NCBI GenBank assembly: GCA_018304465.1
Contig: JAGVWC010000012.1
Location: 32,001-96,000, forward strand
From: Candidatus Iainarchaeum sp.
GTDB lineage: Archaea > Iainarchaeota > Iainarchaeia > Iainarchaeales > JAGVWC01
Direction: 5' to 3'
DNA length: 64,000 nucleotides
Shown here: positions 63,726-64,000 of the stretch, piece by piece
How the letters are laid out: the number at the start of each line of letters is the position of its first letter
How positions within the stretch are numbered: position 1 is the first letter of the stretch
The notes under the pieces: generated by a model
Seen by the model: the letters and a program-made list of their open reading frames with translations, nothing else
Told to the model about the DNA's origin: nothing
The model's database searches: none
Translations under genes and position numbers: made by a program

Positions 63726-63734
63726 TTTATATAA
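63726..63734 (+). promoter_or_regulatory. Putative TATA box of the TrmB-family gene
   Basis: TTTATATAA ~40 nt upstream of ATG 63774. Confidence 0.5.
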
Positions 63735-63773
63735 TAGTTTTCACATACTATTGTTGTAGCGTAGCGTGAAAAA

Positions 63774-64000
63774 ATGAAAGAAATCTCCGGAATTCTCGAA
63801 CAATTTGGTTTGACCGAATACGAAGCCAAAACCTTGGCGACGTTGTTTAAGCTATCCGAAGCGGAAGCGCCCGACATCAGCCGAAACGCGCAAGTGCCCA
63901 AAACCCGTGTGTATGACGTGCTTGAAAAATTGATTGAAAAACGCTTGGTCATGGAAATCAGCGGCCGCCCTAAAAAATACAGAGTGGTGTCGCCGACCGA
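63774..64000 (+). CDS. TrmB-family transcriptional regulator (3'-truncated by window edge; not in the ORF track)
   Basis: LEQFGLTEYEAK...ISRNAQVPKTRVYDVLEKLIEK...GRPKKY wHTH motif. Confidence 0.88.
   Translation, partial: MKEISGILEQFGLTEYEAKTLATLFKLSEAEAPDISRNAQVPKTRVYDVLEKLIEKRLVMEISGRPKKYRVVSPT

Noticed and set aside
63683-63952. Minus-strand 89-aa ORF at the window end
   Set aside because: Antisense to a clear TrmB-family gene starting at 63774.
1-64000. rRNA genes, provirus or integrase
   Set aside because: No rRNA-like sequence, capsid, terminase or recombinase motifs were recognised.

Overview
Archaeal chromosomal segment. Split rpoB and rpoA, eL14/eL30/eL34, and a streamlined ribosomal superoperon with adk, cmk, cbf5 and rpoK absent from their usual positions suggest a reduced DPANN-type genome, plausibly Iainarchaeota/Diapherotrites (inference, not tested). 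About 35 kb is core information machinery: rpoH-B''-B'-A'-A''-L30e-nusA-S12-S7-EF2-EF1A-S10 (19.1-32.5 kb) and a continuous L3-to-S2 superoperon with secY, rpoD, an intron-containing tRNA-Leu(TAA) and rpoN (44-63.7 kb). Accessory regions: (1) two paralogous giant surface proteins sharing a conserved C-terminal scaffold with patches of near-identical DNA, each carrying a different Cys-stapled helical cassette (1-10.8 kb); (2) a lipid/redox cluster with two geranylgeranyl reductases, a lycopene-cyclase-domain pair, SOD, a THUMP-less ThiI, MscS, a BtuF-like protein and an unlisted 22-aa membrane microprotein; (3) a DUF853 ATPase, a kinase-dCMP deaminase fusion, archease, intein-containing RtcB, several very basic ORFans, a transposase remnant and a Cys-repeat surface protein (32.5-43.6 kb). 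Other notable items are structured leaders before rpl3 and rpoH, a frameshifted rps5, and unusual substitutions in the RNA polymerase bridge helix and trigger loop. All family assignments come from motif recognition; no searches were run.
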